Positions 38,061 to 48,500 of a stretch of 60,229 bases of DNA are shown here, one piece after another (positions within the stretch are counted from its first letter, which is position 1; the number at the start of each line of letters is the position of its first letter). The translations under genes were made by a program, and so were the position numbers. Source of the stretch: an uncultured delta proteobacterium (GTDB lineage Bacteria > Desulfobacterota > Binatia > UBA9968); assembly GCA_963737905.1 (NCBI GenBank), contig CAVTUQ010000016.1, positions 1 through 60,229 of the forward strand, in the 5' to 3' direction. Under the pieces are notes generated by a model, which was given only the letters and a program-made list of their open reading frames with translations, searched no databases and was not told the origin of the DNA.

Positions 38061-38232
38061 CAATCGAATGACAAAGAGCAGAGGATTTTCAGTCCTCTGC
38101 TCTACCAGGACTATGTTCACTATCGGTCGCTATTGGTATCTATTCAAGCGTTTAACCGCGGTCTCAGCCGGTCGATTTCACCGATTCGAACACATAGTGA
38201 CATATAGTTCTTTCAAAGCACTTTCAAAGCAG
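38061..38232. repeat. att-like element copy 3 (perfect 11-7-11 palindromic core; 27-nt tRNA-Phe fragment)
   Basis: AGAGCAGAGGA-TTTTCAG-TCCTCTGCTCT (38075-38103); the reverse complement of 38081-38107 is TGGTAGAGCAGAGGACTGAAAATCCTC (tRNA-Phe D-arm/anticodon arm); right arm shared with copy 1. Confidence 0.8.
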
Positions 38233-38305
38233 TGAGCTGTCTCGAAGCCAGTTAGGTTTTTTCACAATAGGAGGTGATTGTTCTGCCCACGTTCGGGCAC
38301 GGAGT

Positions 38306-38617
38306 CTATGTGACTATCGCTACGAAACTGGTCGATCCTCTATAGATCAGCGTTTCGTCCCTATGTGCGCTTGGGCAGCGTGCGTAAGTCCATTGGTTTG
38401 CGGCCTTCCACCAAAAGTGAGGAAGATGACCGCCTTTCAGCGTGAATTGCACGTAGTAGTAACCAGTTTCATTGCTCGGCGGGTTATATGAGACCCTCTC
38501 TCCCGGTGCCAGATCGCCCGTCCCCTTCCCCCAATCTACGGTGACTTCTTGGGCTCCGTCCTTGGAGTCGTAGCACCACCAGGTCACAGCCATATCTGAT
38601 TCGTTAATGATCTGCAT
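38306..38617 (-). CDS. Small hypothetical beta-rich protein, paralog 1
   Basis: RBS GGGAGG; MQIINESD..VTWWCY...GDLA.G.R.SY.PP.N.TG.YYV.FT.KGG shared with the neighbouring gene. Confidence 0.75.
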   Translation of the reverse strand: MQIINESDMAVTWWCYDSKDGAQEVTVDWGKGTGDLAPGERVSYNPPSNETGYYYVQFTLKGGHLPHFWWKAANQWTYARCPSAHRDETLIYRGSTSFVAIVT

Positions 38618-38700
38618 TTCTTACCTCCCACGTCTGATTGAAAGAACCGGAGCGCTGCCTTGTACCGAGCATCAGCCTGGTTGGTAGCCGCCAGACAATT

Positions 38701-39033
38701 CTAGCCATCCTTTGTCCTATCACGCCCGTGCTGGTCTACTAATTCGTATCTGGACGATCCTCTGAAGGTTACCGTTTGGTCCCGACCTAGCTTCGGGCTG
38801 TGTTTCAAAGTGGAAAAGTTTCCGGGCCTCCACCATGCGTAGGTCTGACTGCCGCCTTTGTTCGTGAACACCACGTAGTACAAACCCGTGGGGTTGTTCG
38901 GCGGGTCATATGAGGCCCTCCCTCCCTGTGCCAGATCCCCCCTCCCCCCTGGCGAGGTGTGCTCTTTGCCCCAGTCATCAGAGTTGTAGCACCACCAGGT
39001 CACATCCCGATCTGATTCGTTAACGATCTGCAT
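38701..39033 (-). CDS. Small hypothetical beta-rich protein, paralog 2
   Basis: Same scaffold; 43-nt 5' segment (39010-39052) identical to 38594-38636 except for one base. Confidence 0.75.
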   Translation of the reverse strand: MQIVNESDRDVTWWCYNSDDWGKEHTSPGGRGDLAQGGRASYDPPNNPTGLYYVVFTNKGGSQTYAWWRPGNFSTLKHSPKLGRDQTVTFRGSSRYELVDQHGRDRTKDG

Positions 39034-39347
39034 TTCTTACCTCCCACGTCTGGTTGAGCGCCAAATTGTAATGATAGGAATTTGCTTTTTGCATCTCGAC
39101 ACGAATAACTGAACCTGGCTCCATCAGCCGCTTGCGAGTCAGCTGTCATTCATACATTTTCCTCCTATTGATATAGCCATGACCTTTTCCTCCCTTTTCT
39201 TACTTACAGTGAACTGATCTAAGATGATGTGGCGAAGCAGTAGCGCGAGTCTACCAAGTGCCCTCGGGTAATACTATCGGGCATAGACTGATTTTAAGAT
39301 TCGGTTTTCCTTAGGGGACCTACTTGACAGAGGACGACGGGCACCCG

Positions 39348-39389
39348 CAATCGAATGACTGGAGCAGAGGACTTCTAATTCTCTGTTCC
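39348..39389. repeat. Diverged fourth att-like core
   Basis: CAATCGAATGAC..GAGCAGAGGA shared with the left flank of copy 3; 7-nt spacer CTTCTAA; imperfect inverted arm TTCTCTGTTCC. Confidence 0.55.
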
Positions 39390-39422
39390 GCTCTAACCGC
39401 AAGATAAAGCAAATATTTTTCT

Positions 39423-39530
39423 CTGCTTTGCAGTTGCTTTGAAAGAGAGAAGCTGTAACAAAGATCGAATCAGGTAACGATTCAGACACGAATCCGCTTA
39501 AATTCTCGCGGATCACCAATGGTGTGGCGC
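39423..39530 (-). repeat. Diverged inverted copy of the att-like right arm
   Basis: CTGCTTTGCAGTTGCTTTGAAAGA (39423-39446) is the reverse complement of the TTCAAAGCA doublet; TCGAATC, CCGC..TTAAA and ACCAAT blocks are collinear. Confidence 0.55.
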
Positions 39531-39612
39531 AGTATTTCGAGCTTCAATTACCTTCAATGTCAGGTCGCTCGATGGCGCTCACCACTTTTTTTGCACGAAA
39601 GGAAATGACACT

Positions 39613-40056
39613 ATGAAGGCTCAACCCTTTGTTGTAACCCCCAAGGACTACGATCCCGCGTTGAACGTACTCGGTATCAAGGTGACCGTGCTGGCTTCAA
39701 ACACAGCGACACAAGCCTACGAAATCACGCGGCAGCAGGGCGAGAAGGGAATGGGTCCGCCGCCGCATAGCCACAACTGGGATGAGTCCTTCTATGTCGT
39801 CGCGGGCGAAGTCGAGTTCACCTGCTCTGGCAATACCGTAATATGTTCGCCCGGTACTCTTGTGCACGTGCCCGCCGGCACGGTGCATAGCTTTCGCTAT
39901 CTTGCCGATGGCTGTGACGTGCTCGAAATTACCGGTCAGGGCGGGATTGCCACACAGATGTTCACAGCCGTCAGCAGGGAGATTCCTCCCGGTCCCCCTG
40001 AAGTTCCTAAACTGCTAGAGGTGTTAAAGCAAAACGGCGTGACTGTGCCAGCTTGA
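39613..40056 (+). CDS. Cupin-domain protein
   Basis: GPPPHSHNWDESFYVVAGEV...VPAGTVH. Confidence 0.92.
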   Translation: MKAQPFVVTPKDYDPALNVLGIKVTVLASNTATQAYEITRQQGEKGMGPPPHSHNWDESFYVVAGEVEFTCSGNTVICSPGTLVHVPAGTVHSFRYLADGCDVLEITGQGGIATQMFTAVSREIPPGPPEVPKLLEVLKQNGVTVPA

Positions 40057-40097
40057 CGGACACACCGGCATCACTTGGGTTGAAGCCTTGAGCGCGC

Positions 40098-40754
40098 TCA
40101 GGTCGGTCGATTGGCTACCAAGGCCTGGTTGTATGTCTCACGCCGCGTGATCCGCTCCAGATACTTTACGAGCGCATCCGGAAGCTCTATCCCTCGGCGC
40201 ATAGCCGACACCAGGCATGTGGTGAGAAGGATGTCCGCGCCCGTAAAGGACTCGCCAAGGATGAACGGCCCGCGGGCTGCCAACGTCTTACTGACAACCT
40301 GCGCCTGTTTTTCTAATTGCTTCCTCGCCGCCAGCACGGCATTCGGCGCTTCTCCGTAGATTGCTTTGAGATCGGTGTGCTTACGAAGAACATAGAGCGC
40401 GTTAGCATCCAACTCCATCATCAGAAAAAAACACCATTGGTAATAGTTGGCCCGGGTTTTCGTATCGGAAGGCGGTAACAAGCCACGTTGGGCACCGTAA
40501 GTCTCCCCTATGTATGTGACGATGGCGGCGCTTTCCGTAAGCGTAAATTCTCCGTCCTGCAGTACTGGAATCTTTTGACTCGGGTTAATACGGGTGAATT
40601 CGTCGGTTTGTGTCTCGCCGGTTCGCGACCCGATCGGCCGCCTTTCGTATTCGAGACCCACCTCTTGCAGAATCCAATGCGCCCGCATCGTTCTCGGTGT
40701 GCCAGCTCCCCAAAGAATTCGACGCGCTGCCGCGGTCCCTTCGAGCATAATCAC
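40098..40754 (-). CDS. Glutathione S-transferase family protein
   Basis: RTMRAHW, NPSQKIPVL, LTESAAI and FTGADI. Confidence 0.92.
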   Translation of the reverse strand: MIMLEGTAAARRILWGAGTPRTMRAHWILQEVGLEYERRPIGSRTGETQTDEFTRINPSQKIPVLQDGEFTLTESAAIVTYIGETYGAQRGLLPPSDTKTRANYYQWCFFLMMELDANALYVLRKHTDLKAIYGEAPNAVLAARKQLEKQAQVVSKTLAARGPFILGESFTGADILLTTCLVSAMRRGIELPDALVKYLERITRRETYNQALVANRPT

Positions 40755-40920
40755 CTCCGGTCATTCAAGCGAACGAATCATAGCGTCTGACCGCCTACGC
40801 TCTCGCTCAGTTTACCGATTAAGCCGGATAGTAGCATATAGTTGAAGATCCCACGGTTTCTCGACTCCCCGCTTTCTTCACTTCGGTAATGGTGCATGGT
40901 GCCGTAGTGCAAAATACGGA

Positions 40921-42213
40921 CTAAGGCGTGGTGGTCGCCAACGGCGAAGGTGCCAGCGGTGATACCACGTAGATGTGATCGAGCACTTTCACCCAGAGGG
41001 TATTGGCGGTCTGCTGGTCGTCCAGCGATACTGCTAGATTGGTCCACACGATGAGCGTCATCTGGTTGGTTGGATCGTAGCTGATTTTCGAGTTGTAGCC
41101 GGGGGTCTCGCCGCCGTGAAAATAAATCGTGTTCGTTCCCCAGCTAACTTGGGCGATGCCGTACCCGTACTTTTGGCCCTCGGGCTTGCTCGGGTCCTCG
41201 GGCTTGAGGCTGTCGAGCCAGCGGCGCTGGTAGGCGGGGTCGAGCACGCGGCCCGCAACCAGTGCCTTGATCCAGGTGGCGAGATCGTTTGCGGTGGAAA
41301 TGACACCCCCGGCGGCCGCGGCATTGGAATGGTTCACTCCCGTATAGTCCTTCGGCAGGAGGGTGCCAGCTCGTGCCGCAGCCTGAACCTCGGGCGAGTA
41401 AGGCGGTTCGCCCACCAACGCGACTGAGGAGCTGCCGTACAGATAGCCGTGCGAGTACGGTTCGGGGATTGTGTTCACGGTGCTGGCGGGGAGCACGGTG
41501 TGCTGCATACCGAGCGGCCCGAACAACCGGTCGTGCATTACTTGCGCCAGCGGCTTGCCGTCGACCTTTTCAGCGACGAGACCGAGAAGCGCATAGTTGG
41601 TGTTGTTGTACTCGTACTTTGTTCCCGGCGGGAAATTGGGTGGGTGCGCGAATGCAATTGCCAGTAAGTCGGCGGGGGTCCAAACCTTAGCTGGGTCTGT
41701 GTCTATGGTCGCCGAGATTATGGGGTCGTTGGTGTAATTGTAGAGTCCGGTGCGCATTTCCAGCAGCTGGGCGATGGTGATGTTGTCGCCGTTGGGCACG
41801 CCGGGGACGTACTTCGACACCGGATCGCTGAGACGCAGCTTGCCTTCCTGAGCAAGTTGGAGGATCACCGCGGCCGTCATCGTCTTGGTGTTCGAGGCGA
41901 TCCGGAAGTGGGTGTCGGCGCCGGGCCGGTTCCGAGTGCCCAACTGCGTGGTGCCGGAGGCAGCCGTGAAGTCGCCCTGGGGTGCGCGCAGGAGAACCAC
42001 GGCGCCGGGGATGAGGAGCTCCTTAATGGTCGTGTCCACCAGGGACTGCAGTGCTGCCTGATCGATGGGCTTGAGAGCCGATGCAGTCTGCGTTGATGGA
42101 GTCGTCATAATCGAGCACCCTGCGATCAGGAGGGCAGCGCCAAGCAGGAAGTTCGCGATCTGGCGGTGCCCGCATCGTCGCCGCGATGGCGACTGTCCGA
42201 TGAATGTGCGCAC
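40921..42213 (-). CDS. Serine hydrolase (beta-lactamase/D-Ala-D-Ala peptidase family), probable lipoprotein
   Basis: FRIASNTK (SxxK), YNNTNY (YxN) and HGG; lipobox LIAGC; GTG at 42213 after GGAGG. Confidence 0.9.
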   Translation of the reverse strand: MRTFIGQSPSRRRCGHRQIANFLLGAALLIAGCSIMTTPSTQTASALKPIDQAALQSLVDTTIKELLIPGAVVLLRAPQGDFTAASGTTQLGTRNRPGADTHFRIASNTKTMTAAVILQLAQEGKLRLSDPVSKYVPGVPNGDNITIAQLLEMRTGLYNYTNDPIISATIDTDPAKVWTPADLLAIAFAHPPNFPPGTKYEYNNTNYALLGLVAEKVDGKPLAQVMHDRLFGPLGMQHTVLPASTVNTIPEPYSHGYLYGSSSVALVGEPPYSPEVQAAARAGTLLPKDYTGVNHSNAAAAGGVISTANDLATWIKALVAGRVLDPAYQRRWLDSLKPEDPSKPEGQKYGYGIAQVSWGTNTIYFHGGETPGYNSKISYDPTNQMTLIVWTNLAVSLDDQQTANTLWVKVLDHIYVVSPLAPSPLATTTP

Positions 42214-42806
42214 TTCGTTCCTCCGGTCTAGCCCAGCTTCGAAATCTAAGCAGTTAGTGGAAAGGGCGAACGAGCCCTCTGATGGCCGTTTTGCGGAGCG
42301 TATCCGACAAGCTGATCTTGGGTCAACCAGCAAGCGAAGCCCGTTCCAATCGTTCCAAAAGTCTGCCCTGAGTCTGTCGAAGGGTTCAACCGCTTCGCTC
42401 AGTTCAAATCGTTTACAGAAACAAAGACCGAACGTCGAAATTCGGGAATTCTCGAACTGGTGGCTGCCGTTACCTACGCTAGATCCTCGAGGGCCGTGCA
42501 CCGCGAAGCCAAGCAGGCAGGTGAAACGTATGTGCTTGTCCATTCAGGCTTCCCGAATGATACGCTCCTAAAGTACAGATTCATCTCGACCCCGTTATTT
42601 TCCCAACGACGATCAGCTTTTTTTGTCGGGATAGTTATTTTCAAGACTGTTCACTATTGGACAGCAATCCGGCCCGAGTGTTGTTAGTTAATTAACTTAA
42701 TTCCTGAAAGGAAGACGGATCTACGGCATTGCATTAATGGCGTGCAACAAGAGGCAGAAGAAATCACAAGCCCCGAATTGTGGGGTACAACAAGGAGGTT
42801 CCCGAC

Positions 42807-43908
42807 ATGAAGATTGTGAATATTGTTTGTAAAGCGGCAGTCACCATAACGCTACTATTAACGTTGAGCGGCAGTAGCTGGGGCCAAACCAGTCTGGACA
42901 ACGCGCCAGTCGGGTCACAGACCGCTGACGAGGCGGCCCGGGCCCGAGGCGGCCCTGTTCAACCCGTATGCCGCCGCGATACCACACCACACAAAGTGAC
43001 GTTCGTGGAGGTCGAACCGGGCGTCAAACTGGAGGTGCTGGACTGGGGCGGTTCAGGAGAGGTGATGGTGTTGTTGACCGGAGCGGGCGACAACGCGCAC
43101 GTATTCGATTATTTTGCATTTCAGTTCACCGATTTCTTTCACGTCATCGGGATCACCCGCCGTGGATGGCTGCCATCGAGCCAGCCCAAAAACGGCTATG
43201 ATGTCGAGACAAGGGCGGCTGACGATATCGCGGTCCTCGATGCCTTAGGCATACGCAAGGCCGTCTTTGTGGGACATTCCATCGCCGGTGCGGAATTGAG
43301 CAAGATCGGAGCAAAATATCCAAGTTATGTAGATAAATTGGTCTATCTGGATGCTTCTGACCTGTCGGAGAGGAACACGTTCCCCGATATACCTGGTCCG
43401 TTTCGATCTTTTTACTGACGCGGACGGTAGATCTTTATTTGCTTTACAAGCAGCTTATGCACGGTTGCTAGCAGTCCGCGAACCAATCCCGGCGATCTGC
43501 CTGTCCTTTGCGTTTGACACAAATGGAATGGTTACAGGTTCCTCGACACCGGAATCCATCATCACTCAACTTCTGAGGGTGTGGGTATTCCGGCAAATCC
43601 ACCAACGAATTGGGCGGATATCAAGGTGCCGCGGCTCGGCATTTTCGCTCCATCCACAATTGAGGGTAGGCTACCCTGGTACTGGTACTTGAGTCCTGCC
43701 GACCAAGCAGAATTTGATCAACGGTTTCCGCGCCTTCTTCCCTGGTATAGAGATGCAATCGATAAATTTGGAGAGACACATCCGAGAACCCCACCCACCC
43801 GTAGTATTATTACTGCCCGGCGCTCCACACTATGTTTACATAAACAACGAAACGAAGGTCGTGCTGCAGATGCGGAATTTCTTAGGGTTGCCTGTCGGGG
43901 GAAATTGA
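42807..43908 (+). CDS. Secreted alpha/beta hydrolase (frameshifts near 43400, 43580 and 43790)
   Basis: LEVLDWGG, ITRRG and GHSIAG; later frames continue to IKVPRL and GAPHYVYI. Confidence 0.75.
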
Positions 43909-44029
43909 CAAGCGACTAGTCCCCCCAACAACTACGAGCCGTTCGCCCTTTCTCATCGCCAGCAAGCGGGGAAAGGGATTATCGCCCCTAGTCGCTAGCA
44001 GGTTGCTTGCAAAACTCCGTCGGAGACCT

Positions 44030-44110
44030 GTTTGACGGCGCTCAGGACGAACGGAGGGATTCTGATATCATTGAGGATTTTTCCGTTCATGCTGAGGTGC
44101 TCGAAGCATT
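44030..44110. repeat. REP-like palindromic pair (copy of the 27176-27259 family)
   Basis: tttgacggcgctcaggacgaacgg ... ccgttcatgctgaggtgctcgaagcatt. Confidence 0.65.
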
Positions 44111-44246
44111 CCTAACCTTTTTCAGCAACCAGCCTAGCCGGGGACGAAACTATTCGATCTTTGTTCACATTATGGCTCCGGGAACAGCACATCAGCGTCG
44201 CTTTAACCAACCCATAGGGAAAATAGCCAGGGCTGAGGAGAGTAGA

Positions 44247-45520
44247 ATGATGCGCCAGATGTTTTCGATTAAACCGATGAAAAAAGCATTGCACCCGTTC
44301 TTTCTATTGGCTTTAGCTTGTGCGATCGCGGTGGCGCTCCCCCTGACGCTGAATCCGCAAACCCGCGTCACCAGCCCTAATCTTTTGCCGGGTCAGTCCT
44401 CGACGATTTTGCCGGCGGGCAGCTCTCTGTTATTGGGCGGTGAAACCAACAGCGGGGTTTCGCCTGCCGCGACGATCTGGGACCCGCGAACGGGGACAGG
44501 CAGGGAATTGCCGTCGAAGCTTGGATATGCGCGGGCGTGGCACACCGCGACGGTGCTGCCGGACGGCACGGTTTTGATCTTGGGCGGGATTGGAAGTAGC
44601 GGGCAGTTGATCGAGAAGGCCGAGTTGTTCGATCCGGACTCGGAGACATTTTCACCGGTTGGAACAAGCGATCTCACGCCGCGCGCGCGTCACACCGCAA
44701 CTGTTCTTACCGATGGCGCGCTGCTCATCGCCGGCGGTGTCGGCGCCGACAATGAAACCCGCGACTCCGCGGAGCTTTGGGATTACGCCGATGGCTCGCT
44801 AATCCCGCTGCCGGTGATGAGCGTCGGTCGGGAAAATCATAGCGCCGCGCTGCTCGATGACGGTAGAGTATTGTTAAGCGGCGGGTCGGCCGAGCGAGGC
44901 GTCAAACTAATCACGGGCGAAATTTTTGATCCGAGCCGTGAACAATTTATTTCCGTGAATGCCGCAACGCTACATACCATGGTTCCGCCGCCCACGCCGT
45001 ATCTCGCGGCCAGTTTGCCTTTGAACAACGCGCTCCAGGTTGCGCTCGACCCTATGCTGGTCTTGCGGTTTTCAAAACCGTTGCGTGTGGATTCGTTAAA
45101 CCCCGACACCGTAACCTAAGCGGCCCCAAAGGAATTGAAAAGATCAAGGTTGTGGCAGCGGAAGCGGGCATGCTCGCATTCCTTACTCCGGCAAAAGAGT
45201 TGGGCGCCGGCGCGGCATACACCGTGACCGTTAATGGCGCGATTGATAGAGACGGGTTGTTATTGCCGGTCTCCGGTTTCAGTTTTACCACCGAGACTCG
45301 TGGCATCGGCGGCGCGTCAAGCAAAGCTTCAGCGACACCCACGATGGGCGGGCTGAGCACGGCACCCATCGATATTGCGCCCATGCCTAGTGGACGCGGC
45401 GCTGATGACGATGCTCAGGAGCGGAAGGGTGAAAAAGAGAACGGCAAACCGCATACCGACGGGAAAAATCTGCCGCCACTTAGAGCCGGTGTCGGTGAGA
45501 CTAAGCTTGCCGGCCAACTC
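44247..45520 (+). CDS. Kelch/galactose-oxidase-repeat plus bacterial Ig-like domain region (frameshift near 45116), fused in frame to the FG-GAP gene
   Basis: Signal peptide; repeats ARAWHTATVLPDG.VLI.GG and RARHTAT/RENHSAA; Ig-like LRFSKPL...LTPAKEL..GAAYTVTV...FSFTT. Confidence 0.75.
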
Positions 45521-48500
45521 GGCGGCACCCCGGCTCAAGGCGCCGATCCCAACTTCAGCAGCGTCTCCGACATTCTCGGAGGCAAGAAATACCTCCTGCG
45601 TCAGGACGACCTGGTTTTTACCTCCACTCAACTAGGGGGGTCGCCAGCGGCAACCGCCATCGCGCCCCTGTTCTCCACGAGCTCGACCGTGTCCTTCAAC
45701 GGGACGACAGTGCCTTGGGGAGTTAGCGGTGGCGGGGTGAACGGCGCACAGGGCAATGTCAGAACCGCGGTCGGGCGGATGTTCAGCCTCCCCAACGACG
45801 TGGTGGCAACCTTTGCCGAACTCGACCTCGGCCTCGGCGTCAACGTCTACGATCCGCGGACAAGCATGGTGAACTTCACATCCGCGTCCCCCCAGGACGC
45901 TTCCCAGGGCGAAACCTCCGGCGCCGTGATGGCCGATTTCACCGGCGACGGGTACGCTGATCTGGTGACCCTGTTCACGCACCATAAACTCAGGGAGCGC
46001 TGCTATCGCCGTCGCTAAGGCGACGGATGCGGGGAAGTTTGGCGACGGGTTGACCTTCGGGGCGTGGACCCCCGTGACTCCGAACCCGCAGCCATTCGCA
46101 GGCGGCACGCCGATGACGGTCGGCGATTTCAACGGCGATGGACAACCCGAGATTGCGCTGGTCACCTGTCCTCAGACTGCATGCAGCGTGCAGATCTTCG
46201 CCGTCGATCCCAACACCTTGGCCGTCTCGATGAAGTCCAGCATCAGCCTGATTCCAGAGCTCACGTCGGGCACGGCCTCTTTGGCGGCGGGCCGCTTCGG
46301 CGCCACGGACCACGACCAACTCGTGGTCGTGTACCAGCCCGCCTCGGGCAATGCGATCGTGGCCACGATCGATTTCGATGCATCGCTGCAGCCGAGCCTC
46401 AAGGCGGTATCGCAGGACATCACCGGGTCCGCGGGATTCTTTTTCGTCAAGGCGGCTCGCCTGGATTGGTTCTCGCCCTACGACTACGCCGTGCTCGTGG
46501 GTGGCAATAACATTCGGATACTTTCCTTCACGACCGATGGCAACCTCACACCCGGAATAAGGGGGCCGGGCTTGGCCATCGGCGGGTGCGTCAATGACGT
46601 CGCGGTGGGCAACTTCAACAACACCAAGACGAACCCGGAGCCCCCTCCGCCGACCACCATCGACCCCAACCTGCAGATCGCGGTGCTGACCGCGAAAGAA
46701 TGCGATGGCGGCGCATCGGGGGGCATCGCCGTGACCATCTACTTTGTCGATGATCAATTCCAGCTGTTCGTAGCTTCCACGTTCGACGTGCCGAGCAACG
46801 CCCTGGCGCCATCGCGGGATTGCAACCCCCCCGGAGGACCGTGCGGGTGGTTTCAGAACCTGGCCGTCGGCGACCTTCAGGGACGCTCGTCCGCTCTGGG
46901 GCCTCCCCAGAAAGTCACGGTGACCGGGAGCGTTCAGCCCCAGGTCATCCTGGGCCTGCCGCCCATGCATATCGACTTCATCCAGGACGCCAATAATCTT
47001 CCCAACGGCCCCGCTACCGTCCTCAACCTCACCGCGATGCCCAGCAAGTACTTTTCCCAGTATGATACGGAGCAGAGCAACACCAACCAGTCCTCGAATA
47101 AAAGTACCACCAGCTACACCTTCAGCACCAAGGAGTCGGCCGAGGGGAAGTTCTCCTATGGCGTCCCGGACGTGGCCTCGGTGAGCGTGGATCTCAAAGC
47201 CAACGCCAAGCAGACCCACGACAACAGCGTCTCCACCACTTACAACACCTACTCCAGCCAGCAGTTCGACGTCTCCACCCAGACCGGTTTCGGCGATGTG
47301 GTGTGGTACACGGCCAAGCGCTTCAACACCTACGCCTATCGAGTCCTCGGGCAGTGCGTTCCCGCGCCGGGCAGCCCGGCCGCCGAGGGCTGCCCGACCG
47401 GGACACAGCCGCTCTACGTGCAGTTCTCCGGCCCCGACCTGGTCAAGCAGTACCGCATCGGCGGCAACCTGGTCGAGTGGTACCAGCCGGTGCAGGAGCC
47501 GGGCAATGTCTTCTCGTATCCCGGGAGCGTCTCCCTGCTGCAGAACCTGTACGCGAGGTTTGCCCCCTTGACCGCCGATCCGGCCACCAGCTGGGCCACC
47601 GACAGCTCGGGCAGCACGGTCAGCGTGAGCTGGAGCCAGGGCTCGGGCAACAGCGTGACCAGCGGCTCGGTCTCGACCCAGTCTTTTGATGTCTCGACGA
47701 CGGTCTCGGCCAGCGCGCAGGCCTTTGGCTTCGGCGGCGGCGTCTCGGCGGGTTTTAAATACAACAGCAGCAGCTCGATCTCCACCCTGAACGAGTCGAG
47801 CTCGACGCTGGGCTCGTCCACGGGCATCAAGATCGTCAAGCCTCCCTTCATCAACCCGGGGCAGTACGCCTACGTCGCGCAGACCTACATTTTTGGCCAG
47901 CAAGCGCCCGCGGGCACGGAGCAGCAGATCCCGTTGAGCACCACGGTGAAGTCCGGTGGCCCCTTGTGGACCGCGTTCGTGGCCGATCCGACCGATACCG
48001 GAAATGGTGCCGGGGCGTGGTGGGCGCAGGCCTACACCAGGCCCGACGTGGCGCTCAACCATCCCTCGCGCTGGAACTGGACCCAGACCCAGAACGGCGA
48101 CGTCGTGACCCTCAATGAGGCCGACCCCAGCAATCCGGCGGACAGCGAGTTTTACTGGATGAAGGGGCTATACATCACCCCGGCGGGCGCCAATGGGAAA
48201 GGATCACAGATCGTGCAGGCCACGGCGGGCGACCCCATTTCCCTTCAGGCCCGGGTGTACAACTACAGCCTCGCAGTCATGCCGCCGGGCTCGACCGTGC
48301 ACGTGCGCTTCTACGGCCAGGAGTGGGACAAGGACAAGGCTGACTTCACCGGGATGGCCTTCATGATCGACGAGGTTCGCCTCGACCCCATCCCACCCTT
48401 CAACCCTTCCTCCGGAGAGCCCAACTGGGTGCTGGCCAGCACGACGCTCGACACCACGAGCTACACCGACCAATACCTGATCTTCTGGGTGGTGGTGTGG

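Noticed and set aside
38075-38107. tRNA-Phe gene
   Set aside because: Only the 3' side of the D-arm and the anticodon arm are present; there is no acceptor stem or T-arm. Treated as an att-like fragment.
38306-39052. Diversity-generating retroelement TR/VR pair
   Set aside because: No reverse transcriptase is present, both copies are full ORFs, and the differences include indels rather than being adenine-specific.
34592-39389. CRISPR array
   Set aside because: The repeats are 150-220 bp long and 1-2.3 kb apart, with genes between them; no cas genes are present.
39341-39400. tRNA-Arg(UCU) gene
   Set aside because: An anticodon-like hairpin exists, but there is no proper D-stem, T-loop (GTTCRA) or 3' acceptor strand.
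45990-48062. 690-aa minus-strand ORF (also 1139-1972, 6555-7703, 13057-13878, 18007-18909, 48204-49274)
   Set aside because: These are antisense shadows of well-supported genes in GC-rich DNA, with no motifs.
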